A stretch of DNA of 48,739 nucleotides from the NCBI GenBank assembly GCA_018968925.1, contig JAGWZI010000002.1, positions 1 to 48,739 on the forward strand. The letters run 5' to 3'. Positions 10,546 to 20,155 of the stretch are shown in pieces (within the stretch, counting starts at the first letter, position 1; every line of letters begins with the position of its first letter). A program made the translations under genes and the position numbers. Origin of the DNA: Patescibacteria group bacterium. GTDB taxonomy: Bacteria > Patescibacteriota > Minisyncoccia > Phycocordibacterales > GWA1-40-21. The notes under the pieces are model-generated. The model was not told where the DNA came from and did not search any database. It was given only the letters and a program-made list of their open reading frames with translations.

Positions 10546-11348
10546 TTGCCGAGGATCCTGTCGAGGATCGCCGTCATGTTGGCGATCGGCATGGCGCCGT
10601 CGACAACGACATATTTGCCGTCGCTCGATACGTTCACGTATTGCGAGAGCGGCGTCGTGCCGAAATAGGTGGTCGCGAGATAATTTTCCACGTCCGATTT
10701 CACGGCCGAAGAGAGCGGGGTCTTCATGACCATGACGGAAAACGGCGTTCCTTGCGCTCCCGCCGCCTGGGCGTCCGCGGTTTCGGCATCGATCACACTT
10801 TGGTACGTGCTCGAGGCAACGCACGCAGAGAACTTGGCGGCGTTCGCGCCGTCTGCCGCGGCAAGCGATGCGTAGTACGCCGGGCTCATTTTGTCCTGAT
10901 TGGCAAAGACAGTCATGCCGAATTTCCAGAAGGCGTCGTTGCCCGCTTCGGCGGCGATGCATTCGGCGGCGAGCGCGGCCGGCAGGGCCTGCGGATGGAT
11001 GGCAGTAAGCGGCAATTCGCGGTAGACCCAGGCGATCTTGCCGGACGATCCGTAGGTGCCCATCAGGGACTGCATCGTGCTCTCGAACTGCTTGCAATAC
11101 GGGCATTCGAAATCCGAATATTCGACGATGACGACCGGCGCATCCGCATTGCCGAGAATGTGGTCGCTCGCGGAAACGGGCTTGATCGAAATGGTCGGAT
11201 TGTTCGCAGGCGCCGGATTGTTCGCGGGTGCGGTAGCTCCCATCTTGCCGGACAAGAGGATCGCGCCGGCGACAAGCACGCCGACGATGATGATCGCCGC
11301 CGGAATCGACAGATTGCTTTTTTGATTCGAGGTTTCGTTCGGATTCAT
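10539..11348 (-). CDS. DsbA-family thioredoxin-fold protein, membrane anchored
   Basis: EYSDFECPYC active site, cis-Pro GTP, N-terminal TM. Confidence 0.9.
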   Translation of the reverse strand: MNPNETSNQKSNLSIPAAIIIVGVLVAGAILLSGKMGATAPANNPAPANNPTISIKPVSASDHILGNADAPVVIVEYSDFECPYCKQFESTMQSLMGTYGSSGKIAWVYRELPLTAIHPQALPAALAAECIAAEAGNDAFWKFGMTVFANQDKMSPAYYASLAAADGANAAKFSACVASSTYQSVIDAETADAQAAGAQGTPFSVMVMKTPLSSAVKSDVENYLATTYFGTTPLSQYVNVSSDGKYVVVDGAMPIANMTAILDRILGNQ

Positions 11349-11445
11349 GTTATTTAAAGGTTATGGACGCTATTCTATCATACTCCGGCAGAAAAAAAGC
11401 AAACGGACTCTTGCAAAATGCCTATTTTCGTGTATTATACCATCC

Positions 11446-11763
11446 ATGGAATTTGCGGTCATCAAAACGGGCGGCAAGCAGTACAAGGTGGCGAAAGGCG
11501 ATTCGATCAAGATCGAAAAGCTTTCCGGCGCTTCGAAAGCCGGCGACAAGGTCGTCTTCGACCAGGTTTTGCTCGTCGACAATGGCAAGGACACATCGAT
11601 CGGCACGCCGTACATCAAGGGCGCGACGGTAGAGGGAACGGTGGAAGCCGCCGGCCGCCTGCCGAAGATCATGGTCATGCACTACAAGCAGAAGAGCCGC
11701 TACTTCAAGAAGAACGGCCACCGCCAGCCGTATCTCAAGGTGAAGATCACCGCGATCAAGTAA
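11446..11763 (+). CDS. rplU: 50S ribosomal protein L21
   Basis: FAVIKTGGKQYKV...GHRQPY. Confidence 0.97.
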   Translation: MEFAVIKTGGKQYKVAKGDSIKIEKLSGASKAGDKVVFDQVLLVDNGKDTSIGTPYIKGATVEGTVEAAGRLPKIMVMHYKQKSRYFKKNGHRQPYLKVKITAIK

Positions 11764-11768
11764 CGATC

Positions 11769-11790
11769 AAACGGCCGAAAGGCCGTTTTT
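11769..11790 (+). terminator. rplU terminator
   Basis: aaacggcc-gaaa-ggccgttttt. Confidence 0.75.
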
Positions 11791-11792
11791 GA

Positions 11793-11820
11793 TGCACCGG
11801 ATGATAGAATCTCTCCGTAT
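11793..11820 (+). promoter_or_regulatory. Putative ECF-sigma promoter (TGCACC-N17-CGTAT)
   Basis: GATGCACCG and CGTATG identical to the site at 2805-2835, same spacing. Confidence 0.55.
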
Positions 11821-11868
11821 GTTTTAAAGTTGACAGTTCTTTCAAAAAAACAGAAAGCGAGACCGACC

Positions 11869-12057
11869 GTGAAAAGGATCATGCAGAAGATTTTCAGGAA
11901 GAAAAAAGAGAGGCCGAAGCGGTACCTGAAGCATCATTGCAAACAGCATTCCTGTTTCGAACATTCGTGCGCCGATTGCGTGCGAGAAAAAGAGAAGCGA
12001 CATGCCGAAATGGATCATTTCAGGCAGAAAGCGAGGTCGCGTCTCACCAAAAAATAA
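11869..12057 (+). CDS. Small basic Cys/His-rich protein (start GTG 11869 or ATG 11881)
   Basis: Fills the rplU-recR gap with its own promoter and terminator; HHCKQHSCFEHSCADC. Confidence 0.55.
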   Translation: MKRIMQKIFRKKKERPKRYLKHHCKQHSCFEHSCADCVREKEKRHAEMDHFRQKARSRLTKK

Positions 12058-12085
12058 CCCCGGGGCTTTTACCTCGGGGATTTTT
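12050..12085. terminator. Probable bidirectional terminator
   Basis: ccccgggg...cctcgggg imperfect stem flanked by A and T tracts between convergent genes. Confidence 0.55.
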
Positions 12086-12698
12086 ATTGACGATTCTTCA
12101 ACGCATTCTTGATCGTCTCTGGATCGGAATATTCGAGCTCGGTGCCACTCGACAAACCGCGGCCGAGTTCGGAAATTTTGATGCCGTGTTTCTCGGCGAG
12201 GGGAACGAGCGATCGGCTAACAATCTCGCCGGTATATTCGCCTTCGGCATTCGCGTCGAGACCGAGGATGATCTCGCGAAGTCCGTTTGCCGCGCGCTTT
12301 TCGACAAGCGCGAGCAGGTCTTTCAGCCGGATCCTTTTTTCCGGTTCCTTGTCGAGCACCGGCACCGCGCCGCCGAGGACAAAATAGGTTCCGGCAAACG
12401 ATCCGCTCTTTTCAATGTTTTCGAGATCGATGTCGCGCGAGACGACAAGAAGCGCCGTGCGGTCGCGCGATCCGTCCGCGCAGATATTGCAGATCTTCGC
12501 CGCGCCGTTTTTCGCAAAATACCGCTTGCACTCCGCGCAGACGGTGATATCCGAACGCAATTCATCGATCTCGCGCTTGAACTCGCCGACATACGCGTCG
12601 CTCTGCCGGATGAGAAAATAGACAAAACGCCTGGCCTGTTTCGGCCCGATACCGGGGAATTCGGAAAATTTCCTAACAAGCTTTTCGATCGCGTTCAT
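12084..12698 (-). CDS. recR: Recombination protein RecR
   Basis: FPGIGPKQARR HhH, CAEC...CNIC zinc finger, Toprim region, LGRGLSSGTELEYSD. Confidence 0.93.
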   Translation of the reverse strand: MNAIEKLVRKFSEFPGIGPKQARRFVYFLIRQSDAYVGEFKREIDELRSDITVCAECKRYFAKNGAAKICNICADGSRDRTALLVVSRDIDLENIEKSGSFAGTYFVLGGAVPVLDKEPEKRIRLKDLLALVEKRAANGLREIILGLDANAEGEYTGEIVSRSLVPLAEKHGIKISELGRGLSSGTELEYSDPETIKNALKNRQ

Positions 12699-12702
12699 AT
12701 AG

Positions 12703-14064
12703 TTAGAATTCGCCGAAACCGGCATTCTTGTCGACGGAAAGGAATGACGAACGGTCGGCGTCAAAGAACAGCTCGACGCGGCCGGTCGGACCGTTGCGGT
12801 GCTTCTCGACGAGGATTTCTGCCTTCTGCTTCTTGCCGCCGCCGTCATCGTTCGCCTCGCGGTGGATGAAAATGACCACGTCCGCGTCCTGCTCGATCGA
12901 ACCCGAATCGCGCAAGTCGGAGAGCCGCGGTTTGCCGCCGCGAGATTCAACGGCGCGGGAGAGCTGAGAGAGAGCAACCACCGGGATGTCGAATTCCTTC
13001 GCCAATTGCTTGAGCGAATGCGAGATTTCGGTGATCTGCTGGACAAGGTTGTCATTGCCTTTCGTCGAGACCGGCGCCATGAGCTGGAGATAATCGACAA
13101 CGACGAGACCGAGATTCTTCTCATGCTTGAGGCGGCGGACGATGCTGCGCATCTTCAAAATATTGTTCGAACCCTGGTCATCGATGAAAAGCGGTGCCTT
13201 CGACAGCGGCTCGAGCGCCGAGCGGATGCGGTCGAAGACGTCGTCGCCGCGAAGCTGTCCCGAGCGCAAATGCCACGAGTTCACGTTCGACTCCGCCGCA
13301 AGCATGCGGTCAATAAGCTGCTGTGCGCTCATTTCAAGCGAGAAGAGCGCCGTCGGCACGCCGAGCTTCACTGCCGCATGCCGGACGATATCGAGCGCAA
13401 GCGACGTCTTACCGACGGACGGCCGCGCCGCGAGGATGATGAGGTCGGATTTTTGGAGGCCGGAGAGCAGATTGTCGAGATCGTTGAAACCGGTGGCAAT
13501 GCCGCGCAATTGGCCTTTCGATTCGTGCAATTTGTCAAGGCGCTCCATCGCCTCCGGCAGAATGTCTTTGAGGGCGACGTATTTGCCGGAAAGATTCTTG
13601 CTCGTCACGTCAAAAAGGTTTTTCTCCGCCTGATCGAGAATGGAAAGCAATTCCGCTTCCTCGTCGTAGCCCAAATTGCCGATCCGCTCCGCCGCTTCGA
13701 TCAGGCGGCGCATGACGTATTTCTTCTGGATGATGCCGGCATAGTGTTCGGCGTTCGATGAAGAGGGAACCGAACCGAGAATCTCGGTGAGAAAGCTTGC
13801 GCCTCCGATGCGATCGAGATCGCCGGATTCTTTGAGCTTTGACGAAAGGGTAAGGAGATCGATCGGCTCCTGGCGCCTGTAGAGCTCCTGCATCGCCATG
13901 AAGATGATTTTGTGCTTTCCGGTGTAAAACGATTCCGGCACGAGCATGTCCATGATCTCGGGCAGGACTTCCGGCCGGAGCATGATGGAACCGAGGAGCG
14001 CGATTTCGGCATCGCTGTTCTGCGGCGGAATGCGGATCTGTATCTTTCTCGTCTCGGTCGCCAT
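12703..14064 (-). CDS. dnaB: Replicative DNA helicase
   Basis: AARPSVGKT, SLEMS, DYLQLM, SQLSR, SDLRDSGSIEQDAD, KHRNGPTG. Confidence 0.97.
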   Translation of the reverse strand: MATETRKIQIRIPPQNSDAEIALLGSIMLRPEVLPEIMDMLVPESFYTGKHKIIFMAMQELYRRQEPIDLLTLSSKLKESGDLDRIGGASFLTEILGSVPSSSNAEHYAGIIQKKYVMRRLIEAAERIGNLGYDEEAELLSILDQAEKNLFDVTSKNLSGKYVALKDILPEAMERLDKLHESKGQLRGIATGFNDLDNLLSGLQKSDLIILAARPSVGKTSLALDIVRHAAVKLGVPTALFSLEMSAQQLIDRMLAAESNVNSWHLRSGQLRGDDVFDRIRSALEPLSKAPLFIDDQGSNNILKMRSIVRRLKHEKNLGLVVVDYLQLMAPVSTKGNDNLVQQITEISHSLKQLAKEFDIPVVALSQLSRAVESRGGKPRLSDLRDSGSIEQDADVVIFIHREANDDGGGKKQKAEILVEKHRNGPTGRVELFFDADRSSFLSVDKNAGFGEF

Positions 14065-14155
14065 GGGTTTGATAAATTCATTTTAACAAGCACAAAAAGA
14101 CTCGCAATCTCAAAACAACCAATAAAGTGTGTTTAAATTGTGGAGAAAACTAGCC

Positions 14156-15685
14156 TTACTTTAGCAATTCAACCTCTTGTCCCGCAGGAGTATCTTTTAC
14201 AAAAACATTAAATTCTTGAGCAGCTTTTTTACGCAATTCATCTGCTTTTACCCAATCTTTTTGATTTCGTGCAGATTGTCTTTCTTGTAACAATTTATTT
14301 AACTCTTGTTTTTTTCCTTCAGAAAGAGATTTATTTACTTCTCCACGGATAAGCAAAAAAGTTACATTACTACCAATTACTTTATATGTTGGCTCAATTT
14401 TTTCTTTACTAATTTGTTTATTTTCTCCACCTTCTTTTAATTTTAATCCAAGCACATTATCAAAATCTATCGCCGTGGCTATTATTTGATCTGCTGCTAA
14501 ATCTGAATTGAGCATTTCATTCAATACATCCATCGCCTTCGGCATATTCAAATCATCATTAATAGCTTCTATGAATTTTTCTTTCCATTCTTGATTTATT
14601 TTTCCACCTTCTTTATTAAGATTTCCAAGTTTTGTATACAGATTTTCGAGACCATTCTTCGCCGCAGTAAGAATTTCTTCATTCCATTCCATCGGCTTCC
14701 TGTAATGCACGGAGAGCGACGCGAAGCGATAGGCGAGGGAATTGATGCCTTTCGCGACTGTCTCGCTTGAAACAGTCAGGAAATTGCCCGCGCTTTTTGC
14801 CATCTTCTCGCCGACTTTCACGTTCAGAAATTCGCCATGGATCCAAAAATTCACCCACGGATGCACGCCGGTCGCGGCTTCGGACTGGGCGATCTCATTC
14901 GTGTGGTGGACATTCACATGGTCCACGCCGCCGCAGTGGATGTCGAAATGCTCGCCGAGATATTTCATGCTCATTGCGGAACATTCGATATGCCAGCCGG
15001 GAAAGCCGATACCCCAGGGACTCGGCCATTCCATTTCACGCTTTTTGCCTTTCGGCGAGAATTTCCAGAGCGCGAAGTCGGTGTGGTTCTTTTTCTCGAT
15101 ATTCACTTCGACACGTGCGCCCTCCTTGAGCGATTCGAGCTTCTGGCCGGAAAGCTCGGCGTAGCGAGGGAACTTCGCCGTATCGAAATAGATGCCGTCG
15201 GATGTCCGGTAGGTGAATCCTTTTTTCTCGAGCGTCTCAATGAGCGCGATTTGTTCGGAAATATGATCCGTCGCTTTGCAAATGATCGCCGGATGTTCGA
15301 TGTTGAGCCGATCCTCGTCCTTGAAAAATTCCTTCGTATAGAAATCGGCGATCTGCCATGCCGTCTTGCCTTCCTTTTTCGCTTCCGCTTCGACTTTGTC
15401 CTCGCCCATGTCGCGGTCGTTTGTCAGGTGGCCGACATCCGTAATATTCATGACATGTTTTACGCGGTAGCCATCATATTGCAAAACGCGCCGCAGAATG
15501 TCCTCGAATATATAGGTGCGCATGTTGCCGAGATGCGGATAGTTGTAAACGGTGGGGCCGCACGTATACAAGCCGACGGAATTCTTTTGTATCGGCACGA
15601 ACAATTCCTTTTTCCGCGTGAGCGTGTTGTAGAGGTGGAGCGGCGGATGCTTCCTGCCGCCGAAGAGGGAAGCGAGATCAAGCAT
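14156..15685 (-). CDS. cysS: Cysteine--tRNA ligase
   Basis: YTCGPTVY, HLGN, DFALWK, PGWHIECSAM, KMAKS, DDLN; AT-rich 3' third. Confidence 0.97.
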   Translation of the reverse strand: MLDLASLFGGRKHPPLHLYNTLTRKKELFVPIQKNSVGLYTCGPTVYNYPHLGNMRTYIFEDILRRVLQYDGYRVKHVMNITDVGHLTNDRDMGEDKVEAEAKKEGKTAWQIADFYTKEFFKDEDRLNIEHPAIICKATDHISEQIALIETLEKKGFTYRTSDGIYFDTAKFPRYAELSGQKLESLKEGARVEVNIEKKNHTDFALWKFSPKGKKREMEWPSPWGIGFPGWHIECSAMSMKYLGEHFDIHCGGVDHVNVHHTNEIAQSEAATGVHPWVNFWIHGEFLNVKVGEKMAKSAGNFLTVSSETVAKGINSLAYRFASLSVHYRKPMEWNEEILTAAKNGLENLYTKLGNLNKEGGKINQEWKEKFIEAINDDLNMPKAMDVLNEMLNSDLAADQIIATAIDFDNVLGLKLKEGGENKQISKEKIEPTYKVIGSNVTFLLIRGEVNKSLSEGKKQELNKLLQERQSARNQKDWVKADELRKKAAQEFNVFVKDTPAGQEVELLK

Positions 15686-16178
15686 GGGCGTCTGGTTTTT
15701 TCTTCGCGACGGATTTTTTCCCCGCCGACTGTTCCTCGAGCCGTTTCAGGATCTCAAGCATCAGCGCGTTCTGCCGCTCGAGATGGATGAGGATCGTGTC
15801 GATCTCCTTCTCGGCGATCTGGTTCAGCTCAAAATCGGCCTCGGCGCGGATGTCGGCATGGTGACCTTGCAAGTTCTGTCCGACCATGATGATCGGCATG
15901 AGGATGAGCTGGATCATGCTTGACACGAGCGCCCAGACGAAAAAGAAGGGGAAGGAATCGAAATGGAATTTTACCGGGCCGAAGATGTTCCAGGCGAACC
16001 ACAGCAGGGTCCACACGATGATGGCATAGAAAAAGCCCATCGATCCGACCTTGTCCGTGATCCAAGCGGCAAGTTTCTGCGTGCCGGTCAGGTGTTCGCG
16101 GCGGAGAATATAGAGGTTGCGCAATGACGGGCGCAGTTTGCGGAGCTCTTCGCGGGAGAGCGGCTGTTCGTCGTTCAT
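15678..16178 (-). CDS. DUF1003-like membrane protein
   Basis: WITDKVGSMGF...FD.FPF...PIIMVGQN...RAEADFELN pattern. Confidence 0.8.
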   Translation of the reverse strand: MNDEQPLSREELRKLRPSLRNLYILRREHLTGTQKLAAWITDKVGSMGFFYAIIVWTLLWFAWNIFGPVKFHFDSFPFFFVWALVSSMIQLILMPIIMVGQNLQGHHADIRAEADFELNQIAEKEIDTILIHLERQNALMLEILKRLEEQSAGKKSVAKKKPDAHA

Positions 16179-16253
16179 GGCAAAATTGTATCATGCGCCG
16201 GACATCGAATCCAGGTGGACACGTCGCCCGTATTTTGAGATAATGGCCGGACT

Positions 16254-17498
16254 ATGCGCGAAGACCGTCTGAAAGCACCGAAAATCGTCATCCTCTCGAC
16301 CGTCATTACGCTCGTCGTCTTCGGCGCAGGCGTCTATGTCGGCGCGCGCTTCACGCCGCATGTCGCGGCGGGAGAGGTGGTGAACATCGTCGACGACGGA
16401 TCGAATACCGTCTCCTCGACGACCGTCAACATGGCGCCGTTTTGGACCGTTTGGAACGATCTTGACCAGAAATTCGTCGCCACGCACAAGAACGAGAAAT
16501 TGCCGAGCGAGCAGGACAAGCTTTGGGGCGCGATCCAGGGCATGGCGGCCGCTTACGGCGATCCGTACACCGTCTTCATGCCGCCGGTCGAATCGAACGA
16601 TTTCAATTCGAACATCAGCGGCGACTTCGAGGGTGTCGGCATGGAACTTGCGGCCGACGATGCGGGCGATATCGTCGTCGTGGCGCCGCTCAAAGGCACT
16701 CCGGCATACGCGGCGGGCATCAAGACCGGCGACATTCTGCTTTCGATCAACGGCACGTCGACCGCGAACATGGACGTCGATACTGCTGTCGGGCTTATTC
16801 GCGGCAAAGCCGGGACGACCGTCGATCTTACCTTCGACCGGGCCGGATCGTCCAAGCCGCTCGACATCAAGCTCATGCGCGCGGTCATCAACATTCCGAC
16901 GATCGATACCGAGACGAAAGGCGATATCTTCGTTATCCATCTCTACAATTTCTACGAACCGTCGGCGAACGATTTCCGCGGCGCGCTCCGTGATTTTGTC
17001 CAGTCCGGAAAATCGAAGCTCGTCCTCGACCTGCGCGGCAACCCGGGCGGCTACCTCGACGCGGCCGTCGACATGGCGAGCTGGTTCCTGCCGCTCAATG
17101 ATGTCGTCGTGCGCGAGAATTTCGGTTCCTCGACGCCGGAAAACGTCTACCGGAGCAAAGGCTATAATGTGTTCAATAACAATCTGAAGATGGTCATCCT
17201 GGCGAATCAAGGCTCAGCCTCGGCCGCCGAGATCCTTTCCGGCGCCTTGCAAGAGCACGGCGTGGCGAAGCTCGTCGGCACGCGCACCTTCGGCAAGGGA
17301 TCAGTGCAGGAACTCCTGCCCATCACGTCCGACACATCGCTCAAAGTCACGGTCGCACGCTGGCTGACACCCGACGGCATTTCCATTTCCGACAACGGTC
17401 TGACACCTGATTACAACGTGCCGATGACCGATGCCGACGTCGCGGCGGGGAAGGACCCGCAGATGGACAAGGCGATCGAACTGCTTGACCAACAATAG
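16254..17498 (+). CDS. ctpA: S41 carboxyl-terminal processing protease (PDZ)
   Basis: DPYT, PDZ GVGM, LDLRGNPGG, SASAAEI, TFGKGSVQ. Confidence 0.93.
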   Translation: MREDRLKAPKIVILSTVITLVVFGAGVYVGARFTPHVAAGEVVNIVDDGSNTVSSTTVNMAPFWTVWNDLDQKFVATHKNEKLPSEQDKLWGAIQGMAAAYGDPYTVFMPPVESNDFNSNISGDFEGVGMELAADDAGDIVVVAPLKGTPAYAAGIKTGDILLSINGTSTANMDVDTAVGLIRGKAGTTVDLTFDRAGSSKPLDIKLMRAVINIPTIDTETKGDIFVIHLYNFYEPSANDFRGALRDFVQSGKSKLVLDLRGNPGGYLDAAVDMASWFLPLNDVVVRENFGSSTPENVYRSKGYNVFNNNLKMVILANQGSASAAEILSGALQEHGVAKLVGTRTFGKGSVQELLPITSDTSLKVTVARWLTPDGISISDNGLTPDYNVPMTDADVAAGKDPQMDKAIELLDQQ

Positions 17499-17501
17499 CT
17501 T

Positions 17502-19319
17502 ATGTGCGGCATCTTCGCGTACACGGGCAGAAAGAACGCGGTGCCGATACTCCTCGACGGCCTGTCGTCTCTCGAATACCGCGGCTATGATTCCGCCGGC
17601 GTCTATTGTCCGGCATCCGGAAGCGTGAAATCAGTCGGCGCGGTCGGCAACCTCTTGAAAAATATCGACGGTCTTTCCGGCGAAAGCGGCATCGCGCATA
17701 TCCGTTGGGCGACGCACGGCGAACCGACGGAAAAAAACGCCCATCCGCACCGCGACTGTACGGGCAAGGTTTGGGTCGTCCACAACGGCATCATTGAGAA
17801 TTATCTCGACTTGAAAAAGAAGCTCGCCATGAAAAGCCACCGATTCTCATCCGACACCGATACCGAAGTTCTTGCGCATCTCGTCGAGGAACATTTGAAA
17901 AAAAAGAAATCATTCGAAGCTGCGGTTGTGCAGGCGCTCCGTGAGGTGCGCGGCACATACGGCGCGGTCTTTGCGTACGAAACCGAACCGGACAAGCTCG
18001 TCGCCGCGCGGATGGGAGCGCCGGTCGTCCTCGGCCTTGGCTCACACGAGAATTTTGTCGCGTCGGATCCGTCGCCCATCATGCGCCATACGAAAGACGC
18101 GATTTTCATGAAAGACGGCGAAGTGGCTGTCATTACGCCCGATACGCATACGGTTTACAATCTCAACTTCGACCGGATTGACCGCGCTGCAGAAAAAATC
18201 GAAGGTGATGCAGAAGCGATCAAGAAAGGCGGTTACCGACATTTCATGCTGAAGGAAATTATGGAAGAACCAGATGTCGTAAAAAACACCCTGCGTGGAC
18301 GGCTCCTCACAAAAAACGGCTTGGCAAAACTCGGCGGACTCGAATCGGTTGCGGAACGTCTTCGCGGCGTAAAACGCATCATCATCGTCGGCTGCGGCAC
18401 GGCGTATTACGCCGGACTTGCCGGGGAATACATGCTCGAAGGCCATGCCGGATTGCCAGTCGAGGTCGAGGTCGGTTCTGAATTCAGATACCGCAAACCG
18501 GTGCTCGACAACTCGACGGCCCTCGTCGCCATTTCTCAATCCGGCGAGACGGCAGACACGCTCGAGGCGGTGCGCGAAGCGAAACGGCAGGGAATATTGA
18601 CGCTCGGCATCATCAACGCCGTCGGCTCGACGATCGCCCGAGAAACGGATGCCGGCATCTACAACCATGCCGGTCCGGAAATCGGCGTCGCCTCGACAAA
18701 GGCGTTCATTTCCCAGCTAACCGCCCTCGCTCTCCTCACGCTTTTCCTCGGCCGCCAGCGCGGCATGTCCCTTGCGGAAGGGAAGCGGATCGCCGAGGAA
18801 CTTACGCGCATTCCGGAAAAAATAGCTTCAATCCTCAAAGATGAGAGAAAAATAAAAGCGGTCGCCAAAAAATACAAGGATTGCCGAGATTTCCTCTACA
18901 TGGGACGCACGTACAACTATCCGGTCGCGCTTGAAGGCGCGCTCAAACTGAAGGAAATCTCCTATATTCATGCCGAGGGCTACGGCGCGGGCGAAATGAA
19001 GCACGGCCCCTTAGCCATGATCGATGGATCGTTCCCGACCGTCGCTATCGCGCCGTCCGGTAGTGTTTATGAAAAAATGCTCTCGAATATCCAAGAGATC
19101 CGAGCTCGCAAAGGCCCGATCATTGCCGTTTCCACGGCAGGGGATAAAATGATGAGGCAATTTGCAAGCGATACCATGTTCATTCCGGAAACGATCGAAA
19201 TGCTCTCGCCCCTGCTTGCCGTCGTACCTCTCCAGCTTTTCGCCTACCACATCGCGACACTGCGCAAGCTTGATGTCGACCGGCCGCGCAACCTTGCAAA
19301 ATCTGTCACGGTAGAATAG
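17502..19319 (+). CDS. glmS: Glutamine--fructose-6-phosphate aminotransferase
   Basis: MCGI, EYRGYDSAG, HIRWATHG, SQSGETADT, PRNLAKSVTVE. Confidence 0.98.
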   Translation: MCGIFAYTGRKNAVPILLDGLSSLEYRGYDSAGVYCPASGSVKSVGAVGNLLKNIDGLSGESGIAHIRWATHGEPTEKNAHPHRDCTGKVWVVHNGIIENYLDLKKKLAMKSHRFSSDTDTEVLAHLVEEHLKKKKSFEAAVVQALREVRGTYGAVFAYETEPDKLVAARMGAPVVLGLGSHENFVASDPSPIMRHTKDAIFMKDGEVAVITPDTHTVYNLNFDRIDRAAEKIEGDAEAIKKGGYRHFMLKEIMEEPDVVKNTLRGRLLTKNGLAKLGGLESVAERLRGVKRIIIVGCGTAYYAGLAGEYMLEGHAGLPVEVEVGSEFRYRKPVLDNSTALVAISQSGETADTLEAVREAKRQGILTLGIINAVGSTIARETDAGIYNHAGPEIGVASTKAFISQLTALALLTLFLGRQRGMSLAEGKRIAEELTRIPEKIASILKDERKIKAVAKKYKDCRDFLYMGRTYNYPVALEGALKLKEISYIHAEGYGAGEMKHGPLAMIDGSFPTVAIAPSGSVYEKMLSNIQEIRARKGPIIAVSTAGDKMMRQFASDTMFIPETIEMLSPLLAVVPLQLFAYHIATLRKLDVDRPRNLAKSVTVE

Positions 19320-19342
19320 TATGGAATGATAATCACACGAAC

Positions 19343-19789
19343 ATGAAAGTCATATTGCTCAAAGATGCAAAGAAGATCGGGCGCAAGTACGAGATCAAGG
19401 ACGTGGCGGAAGGCTACGCGACGAACATGCTCATCCCGCAAGGCTATGCGGTGCCGGCGACGGCAAGCTATGTGAAGCTCGTCGAAGCGAAGAAACAGCA
19501 GGACGCCCTCATGCGCGAAGAGTTCAAGAAGGCGTTCGAATACGGCATCGGCAAACTGCCCGGCGGCAAGCTGAAAATTTCTGGCAAAGCGAACGACAAA
19601 GGACACCTCTTTGCCGCAATATCGAAAGCGGATATTATCGAGAATTTCCGGAAAGAGACCGGCGTCATGCTCTCGGACGAGCATTTCGAGCTTGAAAAAC
19701 CGATCAAGGAGGCCGGCGAGCACGTGATCGAAGTGAAGATCGGCGACGCGCCGTACAAGCTCGCCGTTCTCGTGGAAACGGGGAAATAA
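19343..19789 (+). CDS. rplI: 50S ribosomal protein L9
   Basis: MKVILLKD...GYATNMLIPQG...PIKEAGEH. Confidence 0.93.
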   Translation: MKVILLKDAKKIGRKYEIKDVAEGYATNMLIPQGYAVPATASYVKLVEAKKQQDALMREEFKKAFEYGIGKLPGGKLKISGKANDKGHLFAAISKADIIENFRKETGVMLSDEHFELEKPIKEAGEHVIEVKIGDAPYKLAVLVETGK

Positions 19790-19801
19790 AATCAAAAAGA
19801 T

Positions 19802-19844
19802 AAAAAACAAAGGGCGGCCGCGAAGCGGCCGCCCTTTGTTTTTT
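19802..19844. terminator. Perfect 20-bp palindrome, bidirectional terminator or REP-like repeat
   Basis: aaaaaacaaagggcggccgc-gaa-gcggccgccctttgtttttt between convergent rplI and rpmA; core repeated at 35721. Confidence 0.8.
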
Positions 19845-19857
19845 CCGTTTCGGAATT

Positions 19858-20130
19858 TTAGACAACGCTCACGAGCGTCCGGCGCGTCATCGTGCCGTCG
19901 AAATTGTTCTTGCGCTTCGAGCCGAACTTGACGGTGCCGTTCGCAAGGGCGAAGAGCGTGTGATCCTTGCCGATGCCGACGCCTTTGCCCGCGAGCATGT
20001 CGCGGCCCTTCTGGCGGATGATGATATCGCCGACCGACGCCGTTTCGCCGTCGTTGATCTTGACGCCGAGATATCGTGGCCCGGAATCTCTGCCGTTTTT
20101 TGATGCGCCTGCTGCTTTCTTATGTGCCAT
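19858..20130 (-). CDS. rpmA: 50S ribosomal protein L27
   Basis: [16 protein letters not shown]...IIIRQ...GKDHTLFAL. Confidence 0.97.
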   Translation of the reverse strand: MAHKKAAGASKNGRDSGPRYLGVKINDGETASVGDIIIRQKGRDMLAGKGVGIGKDHTLFALANGTVKFGSKRKNNFDGTMTRRTLVSVV

Positions 20131-20155
20131 GGAATTCGCGTGTTATACTAGCCGG

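Noticed and set aside
12699..13124. N-terminal extensions in the ORF track for recR (likewise rplM, rplQ, murG, mraY, gltX and the 19967 ORF)
   Set aside because: Extensions overlap neighbouring genes; starts were reassigned to downstream codons
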